In this document: piece by piece, positions 28,401-37,043 of the stretch
How positions within the stretch are numbered: the first letter of the stretch is position 1
Layout of the letters: each line of letters opens with the position of its first letter
DNA from: an uncultured Gammaproteobacteria bacterium
GTDB lineage: Bacteria > Patescibacteriota > Patescibacteriia > UBA11705
Assembly: GCA_964413735.1 (NCBI GenBank)
Contig: CAYPSS010000004.1
Location: 39,538 to 103,537 of the forward strand
Direction: 5' to 3'
Length of the DNA stretch: 64,000 nucleotides
The notes under the pieces: model-generated
Told to the model about the DNA's origin: nothing
The model's input: the letters and a program-made list of their open reading frames with translations, nothing else
The model's database searches: none
Program-made: the position numbers and the translations under genes

Positions 28401-31400
28401 AGGTGGTGGTGCCGGCCGGTTTTCGTGCCAAAGATGATCGCGGTCGTGATGTATATATGCCTGATGAATATGTTTGGACTTTTCATACCGGGACGGAGGA
28501 TTGTGATATAGAAGATGTTTTGGTCAATCCGGCGGAAGGAGTGATTGCCGAGGTTTATGAAACCCAAACTTACAAAGTTAGTGGACAAGCAGCCAATTGT
28601 GCGATTTTGGATGTTTCCGGCTATAGTTGGAATTGGACTTTGAATAAATATACGGATCATTTGGAAAAAGTAAATGATGAAAATGTTAAAGCGGAATTTG
28701 GTTTGAAATCCGCGTCGCAAACCGGGGCGTTTGAAACTCCGATTGATGATCCGGCACTGGTTAACGCCTCTACGGTTATTTCCGGTGCAAACAAAAGTGA
28801 TGAGGCCAAATTAGCGGTTAAGTTTAATAATCCACGGGTGGTTTCATATTGGCCGAATTGTGATGAAGCTTGTCGTAATGCGGAAATCGGGGCGCAATTT
28901 AATACTTACATGAAGAAAACAGAGATTGAAAATTTGGCGGTAAGTAATAGCTTGGCGCAAGTATTTAAATGTGATGATCAGGATTGTTTGTCAGTAGTGG
29001 GGAAACAAAATGTTCTTTCAAACGATTCTCAAGTGGAATGTGTTTCTACTACCGGATTAATCAGTCTGGGGCAAGGAGCAAATGCAATTGATGTTTGTAA
29101 TCAATTACGGATTTTCCCCGATCCGGTTTTGGATCCGTCTTCTTTTTATCGCGTCGTATTAAATGAAAATATTAAAAGTGTTAGCAATAAAACTTTAACT
29201 GGTTTGAATTTTGTCAGTACGGCTCAAACAATTGGGTTTTGCGGAAATGGATTAATTGAAGGGGAGGAACAATGTGAAGCTATTTGTCGGGATAAAAACT
29301 CCGGTTCATTGTGTATTTATGATGAGAATAGTCCAAATTGTGTTTGTAATTTAGCCAATAATCCTTATTGTGATAATGAATGTCAATTTAAGGCCTTCCC
29401 TGTTTGTTCTGCTACGCAAACCATTAATTGTTGTGGTAATGGCGTTGAAGAAACTTATACCGGTAATTACAATGTATCGTTGACGGAACAATGTGAAGCT
29501 GATTGTCGTCGTATAGTTGAAGAAAAGTTTGTGGGTGAAAATGCCAATGCTACTTGTACCACGGCTTTTAATGATTTGACTTTAGAACAACGTGCTTCGA
29601 CCGGTTGTAGTTGTTCAATTCCTCAAACTTGTGAGGCCGGAGAAAAAGTTTGTGCCAGCTATTGTTCCAATGATGTTAATCGAAAGTGTACGCAAGATTC
29701 AGTTGATTGTACTTGTATTGAACCGAAAATTTGCCAGGAAGCATTTAATGCTAACGGTCAAATTAAATATTGTACCGGCAATGAACCGGGCGCTTGTACT
29801 TGTGTACCGGAAAAAGCTTGTTTGTTATTGGATGGTGGGGTAGGTAATTCTTGTTCCGCCAGTACGGAGAATTGTGATTGTCGGGAATCTGGATATTATC
29901 AGTTCGCGCCAACGGAAAAATGTTTTGTGGATGCGGTTAATGATCCAAACACTCCGGAAGATGAAACGCAAACTAAGGGTACTTGTGTGAAAAAGTCTTT
30001 TTGTACGGAAAATCCTACTGAACAATGTACCGCTGATCGTTCGGCTTGCACTTGTGTGCCTTTGACATCAATAGCGACCGCCTCTTGTCCGGCTGGTGAT
30101 TTGGTATGTGAGCAAGTATGTACTTTCCAAAATGTGGAAACTTGTTTATCCGGTGAACCGGGATGTATTTGTTCTATGCCTAACGGTTGTACCAATTGTG
30201 TGGTAAATTCAACTTCAGCTGACGAAGAAGAAACAATTTTTGACGCATTTAGTTGGATTTTCAAGGTTCGTGATGGTGAAGCTTATTGTCGACCGGAAAA
30301 AGTGGAAGTGATGCCGGCAAATTATATTGCCACCATTTCCGGGCAAAAGGTGATTTACAGTGGTGTACCTTATACCAAACCGGATGTTTGCAGTGTAAAT
30401 GGTCAACGATTAAATATTTATGATTATGAATGGGATTGGGATTCTAATCCGGAAGATCGTTCCGTGAAAATAGAATTTGGGACATCTTTAAATTTATTTA
30501 ATTCGGCGCATCAAAAGTTAGTGGCTTTATTCAAGCAAACTTTTGCGGTCAGTAGCCAGCCGGGTTGCGGTGATAATTGTTTGAATTTAGGATCCTTAGT
30601 TTATGGCTCGGTTTGCGGTAATGGGATCGTGGAAAAAGGGGAGGAGTGCGATTCTAACTTATATTGTGATGGCAATTGTTTGCATGCCGGAACGCCGGCT
30701 TGTTTTGGCACTTCGGTTTCCGATGCGGGGGCGATTTGTTGTGGTAATGGGGTGGTAAATTCCGGAGAAGATTGTGATGGTGGTGCCGGTTGCAGTGATC
30801 GATGCTTGAAATTAGGATCAAATGCCAGTGGTTATACTTGTGGTAATGGGATCAAAGAGCCGGGTGAAGATGAAGATTATGGTAACTCGACATTAAATAC
30901 AAAATATGGTTTGAATGCCAATTGTTTATTGGTTGGTAGTGATTATCCCAAGCAAATTGTTAATGGTAACTTGCAGGAAATTGAATCAGCGGTTTGTGGC
31001 AATGGTAAATTGGAAGCCGGAGAAGAATGTGAACCGCGGTTATTAAATTGTCAAAAACCGAATGGTACAAGTTGTAACCCATATTCTGATGAGAATTGTG
31101 TTTGTGAAAAATATGAAGATCAATATTGCAGTAATAAATGTTTATTAAAACCGTTTGTGGCGTGTGGAACGATTAAAGTTTGTCAGGAAGATCAGACAAA
31201 ACAGTGTACCAATACAATTAATAAGTGTACTTGTGAGACTGAGTTTGGAAGTTCTCAGGGAGTTTGTGAGGAAGATGGAGTAACAAAATGTACTGGTGAT
31301 ATTCCGCCTTGTACTTGTATTACAAAAGAAATTAATCAAAATTGTTGTGGTAATGGTATTTTGGAACAAGTTGCGAGTTATGATGTTAATGGTAAACAAA

Positions 31401-34400
31401 TTGCTATTAAAGAAGAGTGTGAAGTTCAATGTGAAAATCCGGTTGGTTATTTTGCCTTTAACGAAGGTTCGGGAACAACAACAAAAAATTCAGTTACCGG
31501 GCAGTTGTTTTCAATTGCTAATCGAGTATGGGCAGAAGGACAAAGCGGTACAGCTTTGCAATATAATAATAATGGATGGATAAACTTGAAAAACACTTTT
31601 GATTGGCAGACTACCGATGGTGCGATTTCTTTGTGGTTTAAGACATCAGATCAAATAACCCGAACCTTGATTTCAAAAATTATTGATTCTTCTTCTTATT
31701 ATCAACCGGGAATGTATACTATAAACTTGGTTAATGGTCAGGTACAACTTCGTTTCATTGATGCTAATAAGGCAGTAGTTACAAATTTTGGGATTAAAAA
31801 TTATAATGATAATAAGTGGCATCATTTAGCGTTAATTTTTGATCGTGATAGTCATTTATCTCTTTATGTAGATGGTAACTTGGAATTACGCAATACAACT
31901 CAAGCCTTGAATATGAAGGATTTGGATTTAAGAAATAATGGCGTTGTTTTATTGGGAGCGAGAGGTTTATTGAACGAACAAGGAGGGAGTATGTTTGTTG
32001 GTTCAATTGATGAATTGAAGTTTTTCCGTAGTGCTTTAACTATTGAAGATATCAATCGTTTGATTAGTGGGGCACCTTGTGCTAATAAATTGCCGGTTGG
32101 TTGTACTCCTGGTTGTTTAAATGCCGGCGTGAATCCCAATTTTTCGGGAGAAAGTTATTGCGGAAATGGAGTAGTAGAACCGGGTGAAGATGCCTTGTGT
32201 GAAGCTAATCGAGGTAGTCAAATGGGTGCTCCATATATGAACTTGCAAGTTTTGGGTTATCTTCAGGGCAGTGTTTTGAGTGAAACGCTAAATGTTGTGG
32301 GTAAAATTAAAAGTAATGTTTCCTTTGCGGAGAGAGATGCCGGAGTAACCGGAGGGACGATGATTAGTGGTAATGGTAAATTTACTTATGTTTATACCGG
32401 AAATGGACCGGTGCCGGCTGGTTGTGATTTGAACAATCCGCCCAAAGGAATTTTGACCAGTCCGACGCAATTTAATGCTTGTCCCAATGGTGCGATTGTG
32501 ATTGATTATGACCAAACTTTGGAGTTTTTTGCTGAGCCGGCTATTCTGAATAATTTGACTTCTTATGTTAAACTGGAATATTTGGAATCGTCCGATAAAT
32601 GCAATTCCGTCGCAATCAATTCAAATTCACTATTTTCTAAATTAGCGCAAAAAGTAAAAGATATTTTCCATAGTTTGACGGGCAATGATGTGGTGGCGCA
32701 ACAATCCAGTCCTACACCAGTTGATTTGGTTTGGTGTTCGGAAACAAACTATTCTGTTAGTATTAGTTCAGGTCAAGGCGAAGGTGATTATAATGGTTCG
32801 CGGATTACCATTTTAACCAATGGAGAATTGTTAAAAACCAAGAATTATCGTGTGCGGTTATTACAAATGAAAAACAATTGTGACATGAATATGGGTGATC
32901 AACAATTCACCTTTAATGTAAAGGCTGATGTTTGTCAGTTGGATGGTATTAAAGTTTTGCAGGAAGACGAAGAAAACAGTGAAAAAGTTTGGGTGCCGGA
33001 TAAAATTGCCACTGAAAGAAATGAAGATTGGGAGACGATTCATTATCCATTGTCCGGATTAACAATTCTCCAGCCGGTTAAAGGTTATAATTGGGAATGG
33101 AAAGCCGGGATTAATGCTTCTACGACGACGGAGTGGTCAACGGCTGATGCTTCGTTAATATCCTTTGATTTGGGGGCAGCAACAACTGATCCGGATCAAG
33201 TGGAAATTAATAATAAAATCGGTCGAACGACCATTACTGCTTATGCGACAATTACCGAAGATTATTTTTACGGTAAAGTAGGAACCGTGATTCAGGGCTC
33301 GGGAACGGTTGATGTTTTCTTGTGTGAAAATCCTTGGTCAATCAGTCCCAGTGCTCTTGGTTGGACGGAAAATCAATATCATATCAGATTAATGTATTGT
33401 CGTGATGCCGGTAATATTAATGCCACAGATGATGATTTGCCGGATTTGCGCGTGGTGGAGGGGCCCTCAGCTTCCGGTTCTTTATTAAAGGAATATTTCT
33501 TCTTGCGCTCTGATTTGGATGCACAAACCGATGGTTCAGGCGATGCGATTGCTTTGCGAGTATATGCCAACCCTAATCATTTATCCGCCGGGGAATGGTT
33601 TATGCAAAATGTTCCTAATATTGAAAATTCAACTTTGTCGCCGATGAAGGTGGCTTGTGATACTCATCCATATTATGGTACGGAAGTTTGTTATTATGGG
33701 GTGCGAGATGGTAATACGATTTATATTGTAGCCGGTAATTTAAATAATAATGTTTTGTACGACAATATTTATATTTTGGCTTATAATTTGGAAGCTAATA
33801 GTACGACGACCGGAATTTATTCACAAATGCTCAATTATTTGACTTTTAATATCAACGTTGGTAATTCTAATGAAAGATGGAAAATTCAACGAGATATGAA
33901 GCGGGTAGTGGATATTTCCATGTTAAAACGCTTCTTAGCTTCTTATTTTCAAGATAAAGGTTCTTTGCCTGAAATTTCAAGCGGTTCGTATTTGCGAGGG
34001 ATGTCACTTAGCAGTTGGTTAAGTTGGAACTCTGTCTTGCAAGTTGATTTACGAGAGTATTTGCAGTCTGACGCCAGTTATCGCGGACAAATTCCCGAAG
34101 ACCCGATCAATTATTTTGAGCAATATGATCCCAGTACTAATTATAGCGGAACCAGATGTGCTGAAGATAGTCGTAGTTGTTTAACTGGTAATCATCAATG
34201 TTTTGCAGCGAAAAATTCATCGGTTTGTTCGGTTTGTGCTCCGGGGTCGGATCCTTTGACTTGTTATGATTCCACCACTTTGCAAGTTACCATTCCACCG
34301 GCCGATATTTTTAGCAGTAATAGTTATTTATATGGTTATCAGTATATGACTTATAATAGTGCTTTATTATATTATAATTTAGAAGGTAATTATTCGGTTA

Positions 34401-34435
34401 ATAATCAGCCGGAAAGTTCCTTATACATTGATTAA
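25472..34435 (+). CDS. Giant (2987 aa) cell-surface adhesin-like protein: pilin-like membrane module, IPT/TIG repeats, LamG/ConA-like domain, multiple CGNG-x3-GEECD cysteine-rich repeats
   Basis: Single uninterrupted ORF; antisense ORFs inside it are spurious. TIG-like ITIQGRNFG/ITIKGRNFG motifs. LamG-like region at about 31440-32050 (LSLYVDGNL...GSIDELKFF). At least six copies of CGNGxxExGEECD, a Myxococcus-type Cys repeat. Confidence 0.8.
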   Translation: MITTRTNKIALILFVLIIGIFLYGGGLVLAQENNVINEGLQAFGNETILGQEDPRVIIARVIRILLGFLGTVALAIVMYGGFLYMTSGGSEERVGKAKKWLINGIIGMVIIMSAFALTSFIIGALSDATGITNGSGTNTGTGTGPIGGESGYTVGISPVGENKPVNVVIKIQFPYGHLPASVENAQQSIKVYQLSGEEKTEVEVPGTFGISGRTVTFTPSGACPAGCEAENCFAINTEYRVKINDLQDSNNERIICPNPMLGYCKMVEFSTSGVCDLSGPDIAISQIAPQPLKQNNLFSTFVGARDNGGIFALELCPGWQADGPNVCREYLPENNPTALDYAFYNLDSSEAGFNLSLGWHDVKLFGEDVVGYKSEVTKRMLVASEACFDDNDEFNCSLAGCEVPCDECQDEENCEYYCVENETGETVCSPWPYPIIDLILPHYGPRNSFITIQGRNFGAFGPKSNVKMDNVVAGLACGGGANSWNNNQVIVKVPEGASDGWIRLTDADGYYNDTSDPNSPGWKDNFLIQQELSNWIGLCALDPTEGAPGTLVDASGENFGESGSVYFNQYTGTSPDSWSSTNISNIRVPNLAAGYVNVQISHNGVTDNVFSNPVRFKILPVEDNLEIFSVTPGDGPQKQLITIKGRNFGTSGTVSFISGADSYLAQFPCDGSWRDTEIIAQVPEDAPDGIYTLQVTGIKGTDSVDFNINNDPLVPGICSMTPNNGQPGTKVNFIGAAFGDDYGMVRFTGQSGVAQNIESGALKVQKVDWQDTKIVGVQVPPTAVSGDVKVIVDGEESNPAYFKVGKCSSDSQCGTGEICCEKSYCSTVDQCKPRITSSAYGWYFSTGLMPQIPKVLERECVLGEYDESTSPSNNEQMACPNGLISFTFNMKMQTAEFLDLENQVEIKHCTDSGRQCNLVECTSEGGCLAENYTFESIGNDLEGNPIINEIQDSVYNNREVTQVVLSDYDLTPDTWYQVVVPAGFRAKDDRGRDVYMPDEYVWTFHTGTEDCDIEDVLVNPAEGVIAEVYETQTYKVSGQAANCAILDVSGYSWNWTLNKYTDHLEKVNDENVKAEFGLKSASQTGAFETPIDDPALVNASTVISGANKSDEAKLAVKFNNPRVVSYWPNCDEACRNAEIGAQFNTYMKKTEIENLAVSNSLAQVFKCDDQDCLSVVGKQNVLSNDSQVECVSTTGLISLGQGANAIDVCNQLRIFPDPVLDPSSFYRVVLNENIKSVSNKTLTGLNFVSTAQTIGFCGNGLIEGEEQCEAICRDKNSGSLCIYDENSPNCVCNLANNPYCDNECQFKAFPVCSATQTINCCGNGVEETYTGNYNVSLTEQCEADCRRIVEEKFVGENANATCTTAFNDLTLEQRASTGCSCSIPQTCEAGEKVCASYCSNDVNRKCTQDSVDCTCIEPKICQEAFNANGQIKYCTGNEPGACTCVPEKACLLLDGGVGNSCSASTENCDCRESGYYQFAPTEKCFVDAVNDPNTPEDETQTKGTCVKKSFCTENPTEQCTADRSACTCVPLTSIATASCPAGDLVCEQVCTFQNVETCLSGEPGCICSMPNGCTNCVVNSTSADEEETIFDAFSWIFKVRDGEAYCRPEKVEVMPANYIATISGQKVIYSGVPYTKPDVCSVNGQRLNIYDYEWDWDSNPEDRSVKIEFGTSLNLFNSAHQKLVALFKQTFAVSSQPGCGDNCLNLGSLVYGSVCGNGIVEKGEECDSNLYCDGNCLHAGTPACFGTSVSDAGAICCGNGVVNSGEDCDGGAGCSDRCLKLGSNASGYTCGNGIKEPGEDEDYGNSTLNTKYGLNANCLLVGSDYPKQIVNGNLQEIESAVCGNGKLEAGEECEPRLLNCQKPNGTSCNPYSDENCVCEKYEDQYCSNKCLLKPFVACGTIKVCQEDQTKQCTNTINKCTCETEFGSSQGVCEEDGVTKCTGDIPPCTCITKEINQNCCGNGILEQVASYDVNGKQIAIKEECEVQCENPVGYFAFNEGSGTTTKNSVTGQLFSIANRVWAEGQSGTALQYNNNGWINLKNTFDWQTTDGAISLWFKTSDQITRTLISKIIDSSSYYQPGMYTINLVNGQVQLRFIDANKAVVTNFGIKNYNDNKWHHLALIFDRDSHLSLYVDGNLELRNTTQALNMKDLDLRNNGVVLLGARGLLNEQGGSMFVGSIDELKFFRSALTIEDINRLISGAPCANKLPVGCTPGCLNAGVNPNFSGESYCGNGVVEPGEDALCEANRGSQMGAPYMNLQVLGYLQGSVLSETLNVVGKIKSNVSFAERDAGVTGGTMISGNGKFTYVYTGNGPVPAGCDLNNPPKGILTSPTQFNACPNGAIVIDYDQTLEFFAEPAILNNLTSYVKLEYLESSDKCNSVAINSNSLFSKLAQKVKDIFHSLTGNDVVAQQSSPTPVDLVWCSETNYSVSISSGQGEGDYNGSRITILTNGELLKTKNYRVRLLQMKNNCDMNMGDQQFTFNVKADVCQLDGIKVLQEDEENSEKVWVPDKIATERNEDWETIHYPLSGLTILQPVKGYNWEWKAGINASTTTEWSTADASLISFDLGAATTDPDQVEINNKIGRTTITAYATITEDYFYGKVGTVIQGSGTVDVFLCENPWSISPSALGWTENQYHIRLMYCRDAGNINATDDDLPDLRVVEGPSASGSLLKEYFFLRSDLDAQTDGSGDAIALRVYANPNHLSAGEWFMQNVPNIENSTLSPMKVACDTHPYYGTEVCYYGVRDGNTIYIVAGNLNNNVLYDNIYILAYNLEANSTTTGIYSQMLNYLTFNINVGNSNERWKIQRDMKRVVDISMLKRFLASYFQDKGSLPEISSGSYLRGMSLSSWLSWNSVLQVDLREYLQSDASYRGQIPEDPINYFEQYDPSTNYSGTRCAEDSRSCLTGNHQCFAAKNSSVCSVCAPGSDPLTCYDSTTLQVTIPPADIFSSNSYLYGYQYMTYNSALLYYNLEGNYSVNNQPESSLYID

Positions 34436-34449
34436 TAACAAAAAAACTT

Positions 34450-35124
34450 ATGTTTGATGATGTGTCAACTGCCAAAAACAATCAAGATCAAGTAAATGAT
34501 GAACCAATTGTCACTATGCCGGGAATGGGGCAACCGGTGCCACCTAATTCAGAGAATAAAGGTAATGCTAATGTTTCTATGCCAAATAACGCAACTGTTT
34601 CCCCCAATATTCCTGATAATAATCCGGCTTTCCCTCCGGTAGGTGGGGTAGAGCATAAAAGTAATGTTTTGTTATATGTTTTGATTGCAGTCTTGGTGGT
34701 TATTGTTTTGGGTGTAGGTGGGTATATTGCTTATAATTATTTTATGACACCACCGGTTGATGAGGAGCTCTTGCCAATTAACAATATGATCAATGAAAAT
34801 CCGGCACCAATCAATCAAGTCCCGGAAGAACCGCAATTACCAATCAATGAACCGGAAGAAATTCCCGGCGCGGTTATTAATTTACCACCTACGGACACGG
34901 ATGCTGATGGTTTGACCGATCAGGAGGAAATAATTTTAGGGACTTCTATTAATTTGGCAGATACTGATCGTGATGGGTTAAATGATTTTGATGAAGTACG
35001 GGTTTATTTAACTGATCCGAACAATCCCGATACCGATGGTGACAGCTTTCTTGATGGTGAAGAAGTAACTCATGGGTATGATCCCAAGGGACCGGGCAAA
35101 TTATTAAATTTACAAATTGAATAA
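34450..35124 (+). CDS. Membrane-anchored protein with thrombospondin type-3-like Asp-rich calcium-binding repeats
   Basis: 224 aa. Internal TM helix, a Pro-rich spacer, then DTDADGLTDQEE / DTDRDGLNDFDE / DPNNPDTDGDSFLDGEE repeats. Confidence 0.6.
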   Translation: MFDDVSTAKNNQDQVNDEPIVTMPGMGQPVPPNSENKGNANVSMPNNATVSPNIPDNNPAFPPVGGVEHKSNVLLYVLIAVLVVIVLGVGGYIAYNYFMTPPVDEELLPINNMINENPAPINQVPEEPQLPINEPEEIPGAVINLPPTDTDADGLTDQEEIILGTSINLADTDRDGLNDFDEVRVYLTDPNNPDTDGDSFLDGEEVTHGYDPKGPGKLLNLQIE

Positions 35125-35130
35125 TGATTC

Positions 35131-36159
35131 ATGACGGAAAATAATAATCAACAAAATTCAAATAATTCCAACGATAATTTGTCGGGTTTTAGTGATCGGG
35201 TGGTTTCGATGCCGGAATCTTTTTATGGTACCAAGGAAAATCTCACTCGTCCGCAAGATTTGAAAGTTCAGTATCAGCCATCTGTTTCTCCGGAAGTGCC
35301 TAAAAAACTAATGAGTCAAAAGCCAACGAAAATTGTTTCCAAAACCACGTATTTGATTATTGGGATTGGGGTTTTGTTATTATTGGGACTGGTTGGTTAT
35401 CTGATATATTTGATGTATTTTTCCAACCCGCAAACACTCGAACAATTACCGGGAACTATTGAAGTGGAAAATTCTTCCGTCCCCCCGATAATAAATGAAC
35501 CTGAAATTGAATTACCATCGGAAACTGAACCGCCGGTCGTGGAAGAGCCACCGATTATTGAAGAACCAATACCTCGAATTTTGAGTTTAATGCATGATAT
35601 CGACACGGATGGTGATTTACTAACTGATAATGAAGAATATGTGTTAAAAACCAATGCGGCGGAAAAAGATACTGATGGTGATGGATATATTGATGGGCAA
35701 GAGTTTATCAATTTTTTCAATCCCATTGCCAGCGAGCCGGCAGAACTGGAGTTTTCCGGTTTGGTGGTGACTTATGTTAATCCGATTTTTGCGTATAATG
35801 TTTTTTATCCGATTGGTTGGTTTGCTCGTTCGGTTGATCAAGCGGCCAGTGAAGTGATTATTACCTCAATTGCCGGTGAATTTGTCAGTATTAAGGTTTT
35901 GGAAAATTCATTGCGTCAGCCGGTCGATGTTTGGTATTTGAGTACTTTTTCGCAAATAACCAGTAATGAAATTAAAATTTATTCCAATCGACAGGGTGAT
36001 AAAGTGGTGCAATCTCCTGATGAATTTACCTCTTACTTGGCAAAAAATGATCTGATTTATGAAATTAAATATGATATTGGAGCGCGAGAAAAGGCCAGTT
36101 ATCCAAATATTTACCAAATGATGGTTAATGGTTTTATTTTTACCAATAACGGTCTTTGA
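35131..36159 (+). CDS. Membrane-anchored TSP3-like Asp-repeat protein with C-terminal globular domain (paralog of the preceding gene)
   Basis: 342 aa. TM helix, a Pro/Glu spacer, DIDTDGDLLTDNEE and DTDGDGYIDGQE repeats. Confidence 0.6.
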   Translation: MTENNNQQNSNNSNDNLSGFSDRVVSMPESFYGTKENLTRPQDLKVQYQPSVSPEVPKKLMSQKPTKIVSKTTYLIIGIGVLLLLGLVGYLIYLMYFSNPQTLEQLPGTIEVENSSVPPIINEPEIELPSETEPPVVEEPPIIEEPIPRILSLMHDIDTDGDLLTDNEEYVLKTNAAEKDTDGDGYIDGQEFINFFNPIASEPAELEFSGLVVTYVNPIFAYNVFYPIGWFARSVDQAASEVIITSIAGEFVSIKVLENSLRQPVDVWYLSTFSQITSNEIKIYSNRQGDKVVQSPDEFTSYLAKNDLIYEIKYDIGAREKASYPNIYQMMVNGFIFTNNGL

Positions 36160-36163
36160 TTTT

Positions 36164-36583
36164 ATGATTAAGTATGATTTAAATAAACAAGTTGCCTTTC
36201 GCTTTCCTCATTTAACAGTGAAAAAATTGTTTGTTCGTTGCCAAAAAATAATGAAACTCTCAGGGGAATATCAAGTATCAATTGTTTTGGTGGGTGAGTC
36301 AGCCATTAAAAAATTAAATCGTATTTATCGGGGGAAAAATAAGGTAACCGATGTTTTGTCTTTTGGGGTTAATGAAAAACAAGGCAAACAAATTTTTTTG
36401 GGAGAGATTATTGTTTGTGTTCCTCAAATGAAACGACAAGCGTTGCAATACAGTCCCAGTGTTAATCGTGAATTATTGTGGCTTTTGACGCATGGTTTTT
36501 TACATTTATTAGGTTTTGATCATGAAAAAAAATCTCAGGCTATGGAAATGGAGATTTTGGAACAGAAAATATTGAACGATTAA
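36164..36583 (+). CDS. ybeY: rRNA maturation endoribonuclease YbeY
   Basis: Zinc-binding motif HGFLHLLGFDHE. Start chosen at the ATG at 36164 (MIKYDLNK), just after the upstream stop; the track ORF extends to 36128 and overlaps the previous gene. Confidence 0.85.
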   Translation: MIKYDLNKQVAFRFPHLTVKKLFVRCQKIMKLSGEYQVSIVLVGESAIKKLNRIYRGKNKVTDVLSFGVNEKQGKQIFLGEIIVCVPQMKRQALQYSPSVNRELLWLLTHGFLHLLGFDHEKKSQAMEMEILEQKILND

Positions 36584-36587
36584 TATT

Positions 36588-36941
36588 ATGTCAATAAAAA
36601 AAATTTTTAACAGTTTTCGTTCCGCTTGGCGGGGGATCATGACCGTATTTAATACAGAAAGAAATTTTCGGTTTCAGATTATTGCGGCCTTGTTTGTTAT
36701 TGTTGCTGGTTTTGTTTTTAATTTGCGATCATGGGAGTGGTTAATTATAATTTTCATGATTTTGTTGGTGCTATTGCTGGAAATGTTGAACACCGCTTTT
36801 GAACGCCTTGTGGATATGTTAAAACCTCGCATCCATTTATTTGTATATGATATAAAAAATATTACCGCCGGCATGGTCTTGATTACCGCAATTTCAGCCA
36901 TTATTATCGGGATAATTATTTTTGGTTCGCGTTTTTGGTAA
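36588..36941 (+). CDS. dgkA: Prokaryotic diacylglycerol kinase / undecaprenol kinase family protein
   Basis: 117 aa, three TM helices; DgkA signature EMLNTAFE. Confidence 0.75.
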   Translation: MSIKKIFNSFRSAWRGIMTVFNTERNFRFQIIAALFVIVAGFVFNLRSWEWLIIIFMILLVLLLEMLNTAFERLVDMLKPRIHLFVYDIKNITAGMVLITAISAIIIGIIIFGSRFW

Positions 36942-37043
36942 TACAATATTTAAATCTTGAAAGTTGAGTTATTTTTTTGTTCACTAGCATTTCAAAACTC
37001 ACCTTTTTATTTTATAATGAATATGAAACTAGTTTCAAAATTT

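Noticed and set aside
25561-33570. Many 60-120-aa antisense or out-of-frame ORFs inside the 2987-aa gene
   Set aside because: The long sense ORF with coherent domain content explains the region; short internal ORFs lack starts or SDs.
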